IMG/VR virus record: IMGVR_UViG_3300048876_000002
Span: 1 to 63,226 of that record
Reading direction: 5' to 3' (one strand)
Length of the DNA stretch: 63,226 nt
Source: a virus
Taxonomy: Duplodnaviria; Caudoviricetes
Position 1 is the stretch's first letter; the number at the start of each line of letters is the position of its first letter. A program made the translations under genes and the position numbers. Below the pieces are notes generated by a model that made no database searches, was not told where the DNA came from, and was given only the letters and a program-made list of their open reading frames with translations. Positions 9,314 through 18,753 of the stretch are shown piece by piece.

Positions 9314-10057
9314 ATGGAAATTAGAGATCGTCGTGGCGGTTTTCTTTGGCTAAATAATGAAATCATTGATGGATATGCTCCTCAGATGGGATCTTCTTCA
9401 CTTCTTGTCTATATGTTCTTGTGTCGTTATGCAAATAATGACACGGCAGCCTGTTGGCCGAGCCAGATTACTATAGCTGACTTTTGCCACTGTTCAGAGC
9501 GAACTGTTCGCTCTGCGCTTAAAGAATTAGAGGGCTTATGCCTCATTGAGATCAGAAGAAGAAAAGTTGGAGATATAACCCAAAATACCTATACCCTCCT
9601 GAATGTCAGAACCAACACAGACCTCTACCCCGATCACGAATCAACCGGCAAATTATTGCCGCTTACTCTAATACCAACCGGCAACCACGAACCCGACCAA
9701 CCGGCAACCACGAACCCCCTAACAAGACTTATAGAACAAGACTTAAAAGATAATCACTTTTTACCTATTTGGGTTCCAAAGGAAAACTGGGATGGATTCG
9801 TTGAGATGAGACGAAAAATGCATAACGCTCCATTCACGAATCGGGCGAAAAAGTTGGCCATTGCAGAATTAGAAAAGCTCGTCATCCAAGGGCAAGATGC
9901 TGCCCGCGTAATAGATCAATCGACAATGCGCGGCTGGCGCGGGTTCTTCCCGATCACAGGTAACGGCAACGGGCATAAAGCGGTTGATCCAGGATATGAA
10001 TCGCAAAGCGTAATCCGTAAACGCGAACTCGAAGCGCGAAAGGCCCAAGGTTTATGA
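9314..10057 (+). CDS. phage replication initiator (N-terminal wHTH, lambda O-like role)
   Basis: VYMFLCRYAN...CWPSQ.TIA....SERTV..ALKELE..LI; C-terminal W.GF.EMR...QS.MRGWRG.F; upstream of DnaB. Confidence 0.85.
   Translation: MEIRDRRGGFLWLNNEIIDGYAPQMGSSSLLVYMFLCRYANNDTAACWPSQITIADFCHCSERTVRSALKELEGLCLIEIRRRKVGDITQNTYTLLNVRTNTDLYPDHESTGKLLPLTLIPTGNHEPDQPATTNPLTRLIEQDLKDNHFLPIWVPKENWDGFVEMRRKMHNAPFTNRAKKLAIAELEKLVIQGQDAARVIDQSTMRGWRGFFPITGNGNGHKAVDPGYESQSVIRKRELEARKAQGL
9635..9745. repeat. iteron cluster / probable replication origin inside the initiator gene
   Basis: CCAACCGGCAACCACGAACCC at 9674-9694 and 9697-9717, partial copy at 9642; AT-rich AACAAGACTTA at 9721 and 9735. Confidence 0.7.
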
Positions 10058-11352
10058 GCACAGAGGTTAGCCACGATGCGGAGCGTAGTGTATTAGGTTT
10101 ATTCCTGATAGACCCAAAAGCCTTTGATGAGGCGATGGTGTTGGGATTAACCTCTGACGACTTCTCATTGGAGTCACATCGAAAGATATTCACCCACTGC
10201 TGCCTGCTGGCGGAAACCTCTAGCAATATAGATCTTCTCACAGTCGTAACGTCCTTGGACCGGACGAAGGAACTAACTTCGGTAGGGGATGCTTCTTATG
10301 TAGCCGATCTATTGATGGGCCTTTCGGAATTGAGTTCAATTAAATCTTACGTTCGCATTGTGAAAGAACACGCGGCGCAGAGAAAGATTGACCGCGCCTG
10401 CCTCACTGTGCAAGGTCAGCTTGCGGAAGGGGTGTCATCAGCAGAAGCAATATCGTATTTGACCGATCAGATGTTGCAAGTCCAATCTGGGAGCGATACA
10501 GCGCCCGCACGTCGCGTGCTTGAGTTTTCTGACCAAACATATGCGCGCTGGTCCGCCGTTGCGGATGGAGACTCAGATCTTATCGGGTTGTCTACCGGTG
10601 TGCCCTCTCTCGATCTAAGCACTACTGGAATTCGAGAAAAGGAATTATGGGTTATTGGTGGAAGAACCGGAGATGGCAAAACTAATCTGGCGTTACAAAT
10701 GCTGGCTGCGAACTGCCGCCAAGATATTCCCACCGGAATATTCTCCATCGAAATGCCAAAGGAATCATTGCTTCATAGGCTCTGGGCTGGGGAAGGGCAA
10801 ATAAACTTCAATCATATCCGCTTCCCTCGAAGGCTCTCCGTCGAAGTCAAGATGCAGATTCAGCGAGCAATGATGGAGGTGGCGCGCTGGCCGCTGCATG
10901 TTGTAGAGGAAAGTAATATCTCAATTTCTAAATTGTTGGCGAAGGCACGTCTTTTGATTCGGCGCGAGAATGTCAAACTGATCGTCGTCGATTACGTCCA
11001 ATTAATTAACGCCAATGGTCGTGAAGAACGAGAACGCATCACGAAGATTTCCAAAGCTCTGCAATCGCTGGCGAAGGATACTGGAGTGCCGGTAATCGCT
11101 CTAAGCCAACTGACGCGGCCTAAAGACGGCAATGAAAATAATCGTCCCGTAAAGTACAACCTGAAAGAGTCCGGCAGTTTAGAGAATGATCCAGACGTAA
11201 TTATCCTCATCTACCGCCCGGTTGATGATCGCAAGATGAAAACGGGTGAAGATGAGTTGATTGTCGAGAAGCAGCGCAGTGGTCTTCCAAGCATCGAGAG
11301 AGTAGCGTTCTTGCCCTGGCTTCGATTCGCAGAAAGAGAGATGAGCAGATGA
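10054..11352 (+). CDS. dnaB: DnaB-like replicative helicase
   Basis: AE.SVLG N-domain, GGRTGDGKT Walker A, FSIEM, VVDYVQL, LSQL.R, ESGSLE.D.D. Confidence 0.93.
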   Translation: MSTEVSHDAERSVLGLFLIDPKAFDEAMVLGLTSDDFSLESHRKIFTHCCLLAETSSNIDLLTVVTSLDRTKELTSVGDASYVADLLMGLSELSSIKSYVRIVKEHAAQRKIDRACLTVQGQLAEGVSSAEAISYLTDQMLQVQSGSDTAPARRVLEFSDQTYARWSAVADGDSDLIGLSTGVPSLDLSTTGIREKELWVIGGRTGDGKTNLALQMLAANCRQDIPTGIFSIEMPKESLLHRLWAGEGQINFNHIRFPRRLSVEVKMQIQRAMMEVARWPLHVVEESNISISKLLAKARLLIRRENVKLIVVDYVQLINANGREERERITKISKALQSLAKDTGVPVIALSQLTRPKDGNENNRPVKYNLKESGSLENDPDVIILIYRPVDDRKMKTGEDELIVEKQRSGLPSIERVAFLPWLRFAEREMSR

Positions 11353-11603
11353 AGTTTAGTGAGCGACTCAGGCGACTTCGTGATTCATTGGGACTGACAA
11401 ATTCACAGATTGCGGAGATATTCGGAGTAGATGACATTCAAACTGTGCGCAGGTGGGCGGCTGGTGAATCGAACCTGGCTCCTGAGTTTCGCGCTACTCT
11501 TCTGCGACTCGAAGCGGATAACTTGCCTGCGCTGTCTCCGAAGTTGCGCCCTGAAACCGTGGCGGCATTCTACGCGGGGCGCAAGAGGATGAGGGCGGCA
11601 TGA
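11349..11603 (+). CDS. XRE-type HTH protein
   Basis: FSERLRRLR..LGLT..QIAE.FGV....V.RW..G. Confidence 0.75.
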   Translation: MKFSERLRRLRDSLGLTNSQIAEIFGVDDIQTVRRWAAGESNLAPEFRATLLRLEADNLPALSPKLRPETVAAFYAGRKRMRAA

Positions 11604-11824
11604 CTCTTCCCGCTATTCAGCAGCGATCTGTCGAGGAATTAATCGACCGCAATATCCAGCATCACCATCGCGGATTGGATGAGATAGTCGAGCGCTTTCG
11701 CAATTCGGTCATTGTCAGGGCGCTGGCGCTTAATCATGGGAACCTAGAGCGAACGGCGGATGTCTTGGGAATAGAGTACACAGAATTAAAGGGATGGATG
11801 ACTCGGTACGGAATCAAAGCATGA
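11600..11824 (+). CDS. Fis-like HTH protein
   Basis: RAL..NHGN..RTA.VLGI....L...M.RYGI. Confidence 0.7.
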   Translation: MTLPAIQQRSVEELIDRNIQHHHRGLDEIVERFRNSVIVRALALNHGNLERTADVLGIEYTELKGWMTRYGIKA

Positions 11825-12150
11825 GCCTGTCTATCCATCCCGCCGCGCCCGATCATCCGTATATGCACTGGATGAAAAAAGTTAAGATGCGACTGGCGGA
11901 ATTGCAGCGCGTACCGAATCCAGATATTAGGACACGCGGAGAGATCAAGGAGTTAAAGGCGCGTCTGGGGCTTAATCGCGTTCCATCCAGTCCCGCAGCT
12001 ATGTACAACCGCAAACGATCGGATCGGCTGAAGCGAGAGGGCCGGTGTGTAGATTGCACAACGCGAACGCGAAGTAAGTACGCTAGGTGTTTCAAATGTA
12101 GAAAGAAAGCGGCCAAGCGATCTGAGAAAGCGCGGGAGTTAGGATTATGA
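11821..12150 (+). CDS. basic CxxC-CxxC zinc-binding protein
   Basis: GRCVDC...RCFKC. Confidence 0.5.
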   Translation: MSLSIHPAAPDHPYMHWMKKVKMRLAELQRVPNPDIRTRGEIKELKARLGLNRVPSSPAAMYNRKRSDRLKREGRCVDCTTRTRSKYARCFKCRKKAAKRSEKARELGL

Positions 12151-12163
12151 GAGAGGAAACGAA

Positions 12164-13180
12164 GTGAAAGCGCCCTTTCCATGGTTCGGCGGTAAGTCGC
12201 GAGTCGCCGATATAGTCTGGCAGCGCTTCGGAAACGTGCCGAATTATTGTGAGCCGTTCTTTGGGAGTGGAGCAGTATTGCTCGAACGTCCACACGATCC
12301 ACACACCGAAACCGTCAACGATCTCGATTGCTTAGTGGCGAATTTCTGGAGGGCCGTGCAGTCCGCGCCGGACGAAGTAGCCGAGCACGCCGACAATCCC
12401 GTCAATGAAGCGGATCAGCACGCACGGCACTTCTGGCTGTGTCATCAGGAAGAGTTTCGAGAGCGGATGAAAGTTGAGCCGGATTACTATGATTCCAAGA
12501 TTGCAGGATGGTGGGTATGGGGGCAATGTATTTGGATTGGTTCAGGATGGTGCCGCACACAGCTACCTCACCTCGGGAACGCGGGAACAGGGATAAACCG
12601 ACAGCTACCTCACCTCGGGACCGCGGGAACAGGAATTCATCGTAAGCTACCTCACCTCGGGAACGCGGGAACAGGGGAGTCGCCATGCCTAAGCGACCTC
12701 ACCTCGGGAACGCGGTCGCGCCAGCAGATCACAGCCTACATGCAAGAACTCGCGGAGCGCTTGCGGAATGTTCGAGTGTGTTGCGGAGACTGGAGCCGTA
12801 TCTGCGGCCCTTCGCTAACGATCAAGCATGGCATTACGGGTGTCTTCCTCGATCCACCTTATGCGGACGAAGCCGAGAGAACAGAAGGTCTCTACTCTGC
12901 CGACGACCTGCAAATCGCCCATGCAGTGCGGGAGTGGGCTATCGAGTGGGGAAGCGATCCAAGAATGCGAATCGCGCTTTGCGGCTACGACGGCGAGCAC
13001 TCGATGCCGGACTCGTGGGAATGTGTTCACTGGAAGGCCATAGGCGGCTACGGATCACAAGGCGATGCGGACGGGCAAGGCCGCGCAAACTCCGCGAAGG
13101 AGCGAATCTGGTTCAGTCCGCACTGCTTGAGGGTAACGTTATTCTCGGAACTAATTGGAATGGAGGAGTTAGTACCATGA
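12164..13180 (+). CDS. Dam-like (D12 class) DNA adenine methyltransferase
   Basis: PFPWFGGKS, EPFFGSGAV, VNDLD, FLDPPY. Confidence 0.9.
   Translation: MKAPFPWFGGKSRVADIVWQRFGNVPNYCEPFFGSGAVLLERPHDPHTETVNDLDCLVANFWRAVQSAPDEVAEHADNPVNEADQHARHFWLCHQEEFRERMKVEPDYYDSKIAGWWVWGQCIWIGSGWCRTQLPHLGNAGTGINRQLPHLGTAGTGIHRKLPHLGNAGTGESPCLSDLTSGTRSRQQITAYMQELAERLRNVRVCCGDWSRICGPSLTIKHGITGVFLDPPYADEAERTEGLYSADDLQIAHAVREWAIEWGSDPRMRIALCGYDGEHSMPDSWECVHWKAIGGYGSQGDADGQGRANSAKERIWFSPHCLRVTLFSELIGMEELVP
12559..12715. repeat. 42-bp tandem repeat (3 in-frame copies plus 1 out-of-frame copy) inside the MTase
   Basis: AGCTACCTCACCTCGGGA(A/C)CGCGGGAACAGG at 12561, 12603, 12645; degenerate copy at 12692. Confidence 0.9.
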
Positions 13181-13392
13181 TGCGTCTTGAGTATGATGAG
13201 CAAAAGAGGTTCGTTCTGCCGCGCCGGGTATGCGGGAATCGTGTGGCAATCTCGGTTAGTGCGGAGACGTATTGCACGTATGATTACGGGCATGAAGGGA
13301 ACTGTCAACCACCGGAAAGTCAGGTAGTAACTCGTATTCCCTGCAATTGCCTTGACTGTCGAGCCAAACGGCAAGGGATAACGCGCCAATGA
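13177..13392 (+). CDS. small Cys/His-rich protein
   Basis: GGAGGAG RBS; ATGA overlaps on both sides. Confidence 0.6.
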   Translation: MMRLEYDEQKRFVLPRRVCGNRVAISVSAETYCTYDYGHEGNCQPPESQVVTRIPCNCLDCRAKRQGITRQ

Positions 13393-14339
13393 CAATCGAC
13401 CTGTTCGGGCATCAAACTGTGGACAAATTGCCGGGGGGCGCGATGTGTCAGCGCTTCATAGAACCTCCATTCACAACTCTCGACCAGCGCGCTGGACGTT
13501 GGCAGGATAGGAAACGGGATTGGCTGGCTTTGGGCTTACAGGGCGAATTAGGGCGGTCGGCGAGTCCTGGGGGTTCTGCTATGCCAGCGGCGGATTATTC
13601 GCAGGGTGAGCGCGGTGACGGCCGTGGCGATGCTTTAGGCGTTGACGGTAACGCCTCTAGCGTCTTTGATCCTGTCATTTGCGAACTGATTTACTCATGG
13701 TTCATGCCAGAGAAGCCCACGCTCGGAATCCTCGACCCCTTCGCCGGAGGCAGTGTTCGCGGCATCGTAGCTGGACGGCTCGGCTACCAGTATGTGGGCA
13801 TCGACCTCCGGAAAGAGCAGATTGACGCAAACGTGAAACAGGCGCTCGACATTCCCTGCCAGCCTAACCCTCACTGGATATGCGGCGACAGCGCGAATCT
13901 GGAAAGCATGGTGGGAGATGAATACGACCTGATGTTTACGTGCCCCCCATACTGGAATCTTGAACGCTACTCGGATGATCCACGCGACATATCTACTCTT
14001 GATCGCTGGCAAGAATTTGTAATCAAGTACCAGCGCATCATGCTACTTGCCGCGCGTCGGCTCAAGTCGCAACGCTTTGCTGTAGTGGTTGTGGGGAACA
14101 TCCGCGACGATGAAGGTTTTATCCGCGACATGCGGCAACCCACGGCCTCGGCCATGCTGGGCGCCGGATTAAAACTTTACAATGAATTCGTATTACTCAC
14201 ACCAATCGGTTCTCTGCCGTTGCGTGTGAATGGACAATTTACGAAGGGGCGCAAGGCAGGAAGTGCTCGTCAGTACGTGATGTGTTTCTTTCGCGGCAAT
14301 CCTGAGTCGATTCGATGTGATTTCACGGAGTTCGATTAA
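13389..14339 (+). CDS. DNA amino-methyltransferase (N4C/N6A)
   Basis: LDPFAGGSVRG SAM motif, TCPPY catalytic motif. Confidence 0.85.
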   Translation: MTIDLFGHQTVDKLPGGAMCQRFIEPPFTTLDQRAGRWQDRKRDWLALGLQGELGRSASPGGSAMPAADYSQGERGDGRGDALGVDGNASSVFDPVICELIYSWFMPEKPTLGILDPFAGGSVRGIVAGRLGYQYVGIDLRKEQIDANVKQALDIPCQPNPHWICGDSANLESMVGDEYDLMFTCPPYWNLERYSDDPRDISTLDRWQEFVIKYQRIMLLAARRLKSQRFAVVVVGNIRDDEGFIRDMRQPTASAMLGAGLKLYNEFVLLTPIGSLPLRVNGQFTKGRKAGSARQYVMCFFRGNPESIRCDFTEFD

Positions 14340-14926
14340 TGAGCAAGACACTCGCGAAACGTTCCCCAGAAGTTCTGGCACCAAAGGAACATGGGAATTC
14401 TTGCACGTGCTTCAATTGCCGCGACAAGCGTGTACGAGATTGGGTACGGACAGTCCAAAATTGGACGGCCATAGCGCGAGATTGCGTAGGTGTAAAGGTC
14501 GATAAGAGCTATGAGCAGGGAGGGTTCAAGACTTGGGAAGATTGGCTACTGAGCGCCGCGCCGGAGGAAAAGAGCCGTAGTTACTTGTATCTCGTGTCGA
14601 AGAATTATCTGGAATTGACCGGACTGATTCCAGAGAATGAAATTGACGGAGTAAAACTCGGGTGCGTTACGGTCTTAAAGCAGACCTCGCCGGAGATTCG
14701 GCGTGACCCAAGAGTGTTAGCGGCAGCGAAGGATAAGCCAGAAAAACTACGTGAAGTTCTGGAGCGCGATTTCCCGGAACAGCATATCGAAACGACCGTT
14801 AACAAGCGTTGCCGGTTCCCGCGTTCGATGTGGGAGCATACGATTGAGCCGAAGTACGAAACGTTTTTACTGATAGAGCCTGATGCTGGTTTTGAATCCT
14901 TTATTGAATGGCTTTGCACGGAATAA
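14339..14926 (+). CDS. hypothetical protein
   Basis: ORF in operon (TAATG overlap). Confidence 0.6.
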   Translation: MSKTLAKRSPEVLAPKEHGNSCTCFNCRDKRVRDWVRTVQNWTAIARDCVGVKVDKSYEQGGFKTWEDWLLSAAPEEKSRSYLYLVSKNYLELTGLIPENEIDGVKLGCVTVLKQTSPEIRRDPRVLAAAKDKPEKLREVLERDFPEQHIETTVNKRCRFPRSMWEHTIEPKYETFLLIEPDAGFESFIEWLCTE

Positions 14927-14929
14927 ATA

Positions 14930-15283
14930 ATGCCTGTGAATGCTAAACACTCTCTCCGCTACGACCTCGTTTGCGATGGTGCGGTGCGTCGATATCCTAA
15001 CGGGCGCGAGGTCTGTTGCTCGACTCCAAAGGGGCGCGCAGAATACGAACGCCGCACCGAAGAGATGCGCTTGCGCCAGCACAATATTTGCGCGAGAGGG
15101 AACCACTTCATTGTCAATCCGACTTTTGATCATGGGCGAAGCCGTGGCGGCGGTGGTGGGTTTCGTGATGACCGGATCGTAAATGAGGAGACTGGCGAAA
15201 CGATGAGTGGGTGTTCTTGTTGGTATTGTAATGGGCAGGCTGGGAGTAAGCCATTAACGCGCGGGACTGAATCCCGCGTGTAG
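14930..15283 (+). CDS. HNH/NinG-like zinc-binding nuclease-like protein
   Basis: RQ..ICARG...FDH.RSRG.GG...CWYCN..GS. Confidence 0.5.
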   Translation: MPVNAKHSLRYDLVCDGAVRRYPNGREVCCSTPKGRAEYERRTEEMRLRQHNICARGNHFIVNPTFDHGRSRGGGGGFRDDRIVNEETGETMSGCSCWYCNGQAGSKPLTRGTESRV

Positions 15284-15358
15284 TCTATTGAACCGCATAG
15301 ATTCTAGTGGACGAAGGTCCGGAACGGGACTTAATAGGCTACACGGAGGATTCAGAAT

Positions 15359-15784
15359 ATGGCGACGAAGAAGAAATCAGCACCGAAAGAGAAAGTCAAG
15401 AAAGGTCCGAAGCAGAGTGCATTGCCGGGGATGGAGGATCGTTCATTGGAAGAACTCGAATCCAAGGCAGAAGAGTACGCCGAAACCCGCGATGAGCGTA
15501 TGAAGCTCACAACCGCAGAGGGCGAGTTGAACGACGAACTTCTGGCCTTGATGAAGAAACACAAGAAGGTCGAATATCATCACGGCGACGTTCACTGCTG
15601 GGTGCAGTCCATAGATGAGAAAGTGAAAGTGAAGATTGGCGACCTGCCGGCCAAGAAGACGACGCAGAAGGCAACAGACTTCACGCCGCCCGAAGACTTC
15701 GCGCCGCCCGAACCCGATGCGGCTCCCGCTCCCGAGGTCCAGACCGAAACTGAAGATCAACCCGAACCCGTAGTTATGCAATAA
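15359..15784 (+). CDS. hypothetical protein
   Basis: GGAGG RBS; basic N-terminus, acidic Pro-rich C-terminus. Confidence 0.65.
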   Translation: MATKKKSAPKEKVKKGPKQSALPGMEDRSLEELESKAEEYAETRDERMKLTTAEGELNDELLALMKKHKKVEYHHGDVHCWVQSIDEKVKVKIGDLPAKKTTQKATDFTPPEDFAPPEPDAAPAPEVQTETEDQPEPVVMQ

Positions 15785-16324
15785 CGAAACGCTATGGAAC
15801 TGACTCAGGCACAGCGCATTGCGAAACGGCGTCAGGAAATCGACGTAGTAGTGTACGAAGAATGGCTGCTGAGTATGGGCTACAAGCGTGTGCCTGAGTT
15901 CTGGGAGCGGTACTACTGATGAAGTGCTCGAATCCAAAATGTCCGCGCCAGAGGGTAAAAGGTCGTAGCAAGTGTAGGCGTTGCTTGCTGGCGAATGCCC
16001 TCTGGATGGCGCGGCGAAGGCCGGTAGTAATCCGCAGTCCAAAATTAGACAGAACGGTACAGAAGTATTTCACGAGGAGCGCGGCATGAGGCATTGCGAC
16101 AGCAAAGATGACATCGAAAAGCGAGAGGATGTTAAACTCGATATGTATAGTGAATGTACTCTTTGCAACTCCGAGCAGTCTAGATCCGAAGAATCTTTGC
16201 CTGTCCGCGAATGTCGAAAGTGTGGCGTCGAGCACCTAGTGAAGAATATGTTCCAAAAGTTAACTGGTTGGCTCTGCTATACCTGCGCGAACGAGTACGA
16301 GCAAGCGTTGATGAAGGTGGCGCA

Positions 16325-16708
16325 ATGAGCGCATCGGCATGGCAGCATAGTGATGCTCGGGAACCTGGCGCTGGCCTAACGTCTGAGCAACTGGATCTGA
16401 TCTATTCCCAGCGAGACTTGACTATCGACGAACGCTTTGCGAAGTTCCACCGCGAGAATCCTCTGATTTACCGAAAACTCGTGAACTTGTGCCGAGAGGT
16501 AAAGGGCGCTGGCCATGATCATTACTCCGTCAAAGCGCTATTCGAGCGGTTGCGGTGGTGGCATCATATTGAACTGAAGTCCAAAGAACCTTTTCTGCTG
16601 AATAACGATTTCACCGCAAGATATTCTCGCGCCATAATGCTATTCGAGCCTGATCTAGCGGGATTTTTTGAAGTTAGGAAGTTGCGCGCTAAAGGTTCTG
16701 CATTATGA
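16325..16708 (+). CDS. conserved phage hypothetical protein
   Basis: F.KFHRENP.IY...E.LRW...LNNDF.A.Y.R motif, recognisable from phage proteins. Confidence 0.6.
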   Translation: MSASAWQHSDAREPGAGLTSEQLDLIYSQRDLTIDERFAKFHRENPLIYRKLVNLCREVKGAGHDHYSVKALFERLRWWHHIELKSKEPFLLNNDFTARYSRAIMLFEPDLAGFFEVRKLRAKGSAL

Positions 16709-16992
16709 GTAATGCGATAGACACCAAAGAAGAAGCGATTGAGTGCGCTAAATATCTCCTGGCGAATCGTGGATATATTGTGTTGAGAACTCCCCCATGG
16801 GGCAGCTTGCAGGTGGGAGGGATCGTAAACTCCATTTGGCGGATCGACGTAAATCAACCGTTTCAAGTAACGGCAGAAACTACACATGCAGATTTTGAAG
16901 AACCACGACGGATAGTGGCTCCCCATATTGGGCGTGTATTTAAGGCAATCCCTCATACGGGAGAGCACTACTATCGAGCGGTTACGGATTAA
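16705..16992 (+). CDS. hypothetical protein
   Basis: ATGA overlap. Confidence 0.5.
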   Translation: MSNAIDTKEEAIECAKYLLANRGYIVLRTPPWGSLQVGGIVNSIWRIDVNQPFQVTAETTHADFEEPRRIVAPHIGRVFKAIPHTGEHYYRAVTD

Positions 16993-17205
16993 TGAGGAGT
17001 TTTCTATGAGCGCCCATAGCATCCGTCTTATCTTGCGTGGCTGGTATCAAGTAACCTCAGGCCCGGCCTTGGCTGGTGACAAATACTGGTCGCAGAAGCA
17101 TCTTGGGTGGCTACCAGTTACGGTTAATTCAGGAAGGAGGGTCGCGGACTATGCGGCTGTGATCAGGAAGGGCGATTAGCCCAATTTTGGAGGAAAGGAA
17201 CTTCA

Positions 17206-17829
17206 ATGCCTAAAAAGCTGACTGCTACGGAAACTGCGGTGAAGGAATTGCGGGAGCGAGTTGAGAAGTTGGAAAGCGATAAAAAGGCTCTTGAGAAAAC
17301 GTTTGGGTCGATTGCCACCATCATTCCAACTAGCCTAGCTCGGCTTTGGAAGAAACGTTCTATTGAGGACGCAATTGCGGTAGAGGAAATGATAGCCGAA
17401 CACTCGACTCCGTTGCCCGATCCGCCTGTACGCTGGCCGCTCTGGGTAGCTGTGCTCCTGTTGGCCTGTTACTGCGCGGCGCTCGGGCTGACGGTCTGGG
17501 GGCCGCGAGTGGCTGGAATCTCCCCCAAACCCGCCGTTACTGTCCGTGAGTTACCGCCGGAACCAGCGCCATTTCCTGCATCAGTGTTGCATACCGTGGT
17601 CGTGCGCGCCCCGAAAGATTGCTGGCTGGGGTTGGGTGACGATGACGCGGGAGCGCTAACCCAGCATGCGGAAGGGAATTTCCAATGGGGGCAACTAATT
17701 CAAGGCCAGACTATCAGTGTTCGTGACGGCTGTCCCGGCAAGGTAACATTCTCCGTCGATGGAGTCGAGGTTCATCCGGTGAATCGGGCGATCAATAAAG
17801 CGAAAGTGGAACTGGTGACGCTACCCTAA
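17206..17829 (+). CDS. bitopic membrane protein with a RodZ C-terminal (DUF4115)-like domain
   Basis: Coiled coil, TM helix (WPLWVAVLLLACYCAALGLTVWG), Pro linker, then V.A..DCWL...D...G......I.V.DG.PG.V...VDG. Confidence 0.55.
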   Translation: MPKKLTATETAVKELRERVEKLESDKKALEKTFGSIATIIPTSLARLWKKRSIEDAIAVEEMIAEHSTPLPDPPVRWPLWVAVLLLACYCAALGLTVWGPRVAGISPKPAVTVRELPPEPAPFPASVLHTVVVRAPKDCWLGLGDDDAGALTQHAEGNFQWGQLIQGQTISVRDGCPGKVTFSVDGVEVHPVNRAINKAKVELVTLP

Positions 17830-17869
17830 AGTGTTAAGCCCAATGAGGGCACAAAGGAGCAAGACAGCA

Positions 17870-18175
17870 ATGAACAGCAATTCAGTATTTGGAACAGAAG
17901 CAGGGCAGATTGGCCGATCATCCTCACTGAAAGATGGTGCGGTGGTGCGGCTTACCGTGGCCGATGTCCAAACCGAAACCATCAAACTCCTCAACGATTG
18001 CCTCGTTTCGACCGAGAATATGCTTCACAAAATGCGGGGGAGTCATCCAGAGAAAGGGACAGCAGGGCAGCCTGACGAAATGCCATCAGTGCTCGCCAAC
18101 GCAACGAAGGTCCGGCAGCTCGCCTACGCGATTCAGGAGCGGCTTGACGAACTCCACTCCATTTTCGGCGACTAA
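17870..18175 (+). CDS. hypothetical protein
   Basis: AAGGAG RBS. Confidence 0.55.
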   Translation: MNSNSVFGTEAGQIGRSSSLKDGAVVRLTVADVQTETIKLLNDCLVSTENMLHKMRGSHPEKGTAGQPDEMPSVLANATKVRQLAYAIQERLDELHSIFGD

Positions 18176-18190
18176 GCACACGCAAGGACA

Positions 18191-18230
18191 GCGGCCTCTG
18201 TGACAGGGAGGCCGCAGTCCGCGCAGTTTT
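18191..18230 (+). terminator. GC hairpin ending the early/middle operon
   Basis: GCGGCCTC...GAGGCCGC; the T-run lies further downstream than usual. Confidence 0.4.
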
Positions 18231-18341
18231 GTAGAAAGTTCTTGCAAAGTCCGTTCCCTTGTAGTAGCGTTTCTTCTGAAGCGTACTTACGGCCTCTTCA
18301 GGCATCCCCGCGCCATGCGGGTTAAAAGACATACACCCTAA

Positions 18342-18686
18342 GTGTCTAAAAGCATAGGATTCCTAGCCCACTATCAGCCAATTGGGACTAAGCCTACTAC
18401 CCATATCCCTTGGGAAGTAGCTCAGTCGTTACTGTCCCGCATGATAGCGGAAGAGATTTCAAGCAAGGTCATCCGAGCCTTCCCCCCTAATACCCCCTTC
18501 CAGCGCTTACAGAACTCCCCAGCGCATTACGTTCCCGAAACCCTCCCTGGCGTAGAATTTGGCACAAGGTTTCAGCCCCCTCAATCCCCCCAGTGGCAAG
18601 AGGAGCATCTACCGGCTACTCGTTCGCTGCAAATAAGGGCGCGGCTATGCATGAAATCCTTTCGAGCGAGTAACCCCGCAGTCTAA
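18342..18686 (+). CDS. hypothetical protein upstream of terminase
   Basis: ORF track; follows a putative TTGCAA-17-TAGCGT promoter. Confidence 0.45.
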   Translation: MSKSIGFLAHYQPIGTKPTTHIPWEVAQSLLSRMIAEEISSKVIRAFPPNTPFQRLQNSPAHYVPETLPGVEFGTRFQPPQSPQWQEEHLPATRSLQIRARLCMKSFRASNPAV

Positions 18687-18753
18687 TGAGAACCATAGCT
18701 ACTGGCAGGGGACGCGGCCCAGGCGTATATCGGCTATCCCCTAGTGTCCCTCA

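Noticed and set aside
12559-12715. Mini-CRISPR array
   Set aside because: Spacers are only ~11 nt, the period is a multiple of 3 inside a coding MTase, and no cas genes are present
12685-13176. 235-aa ORF overlapping the MTase
   Set aside because: Alternative frame of the MTase; only the part from 13177 has an RBS and operon coupling
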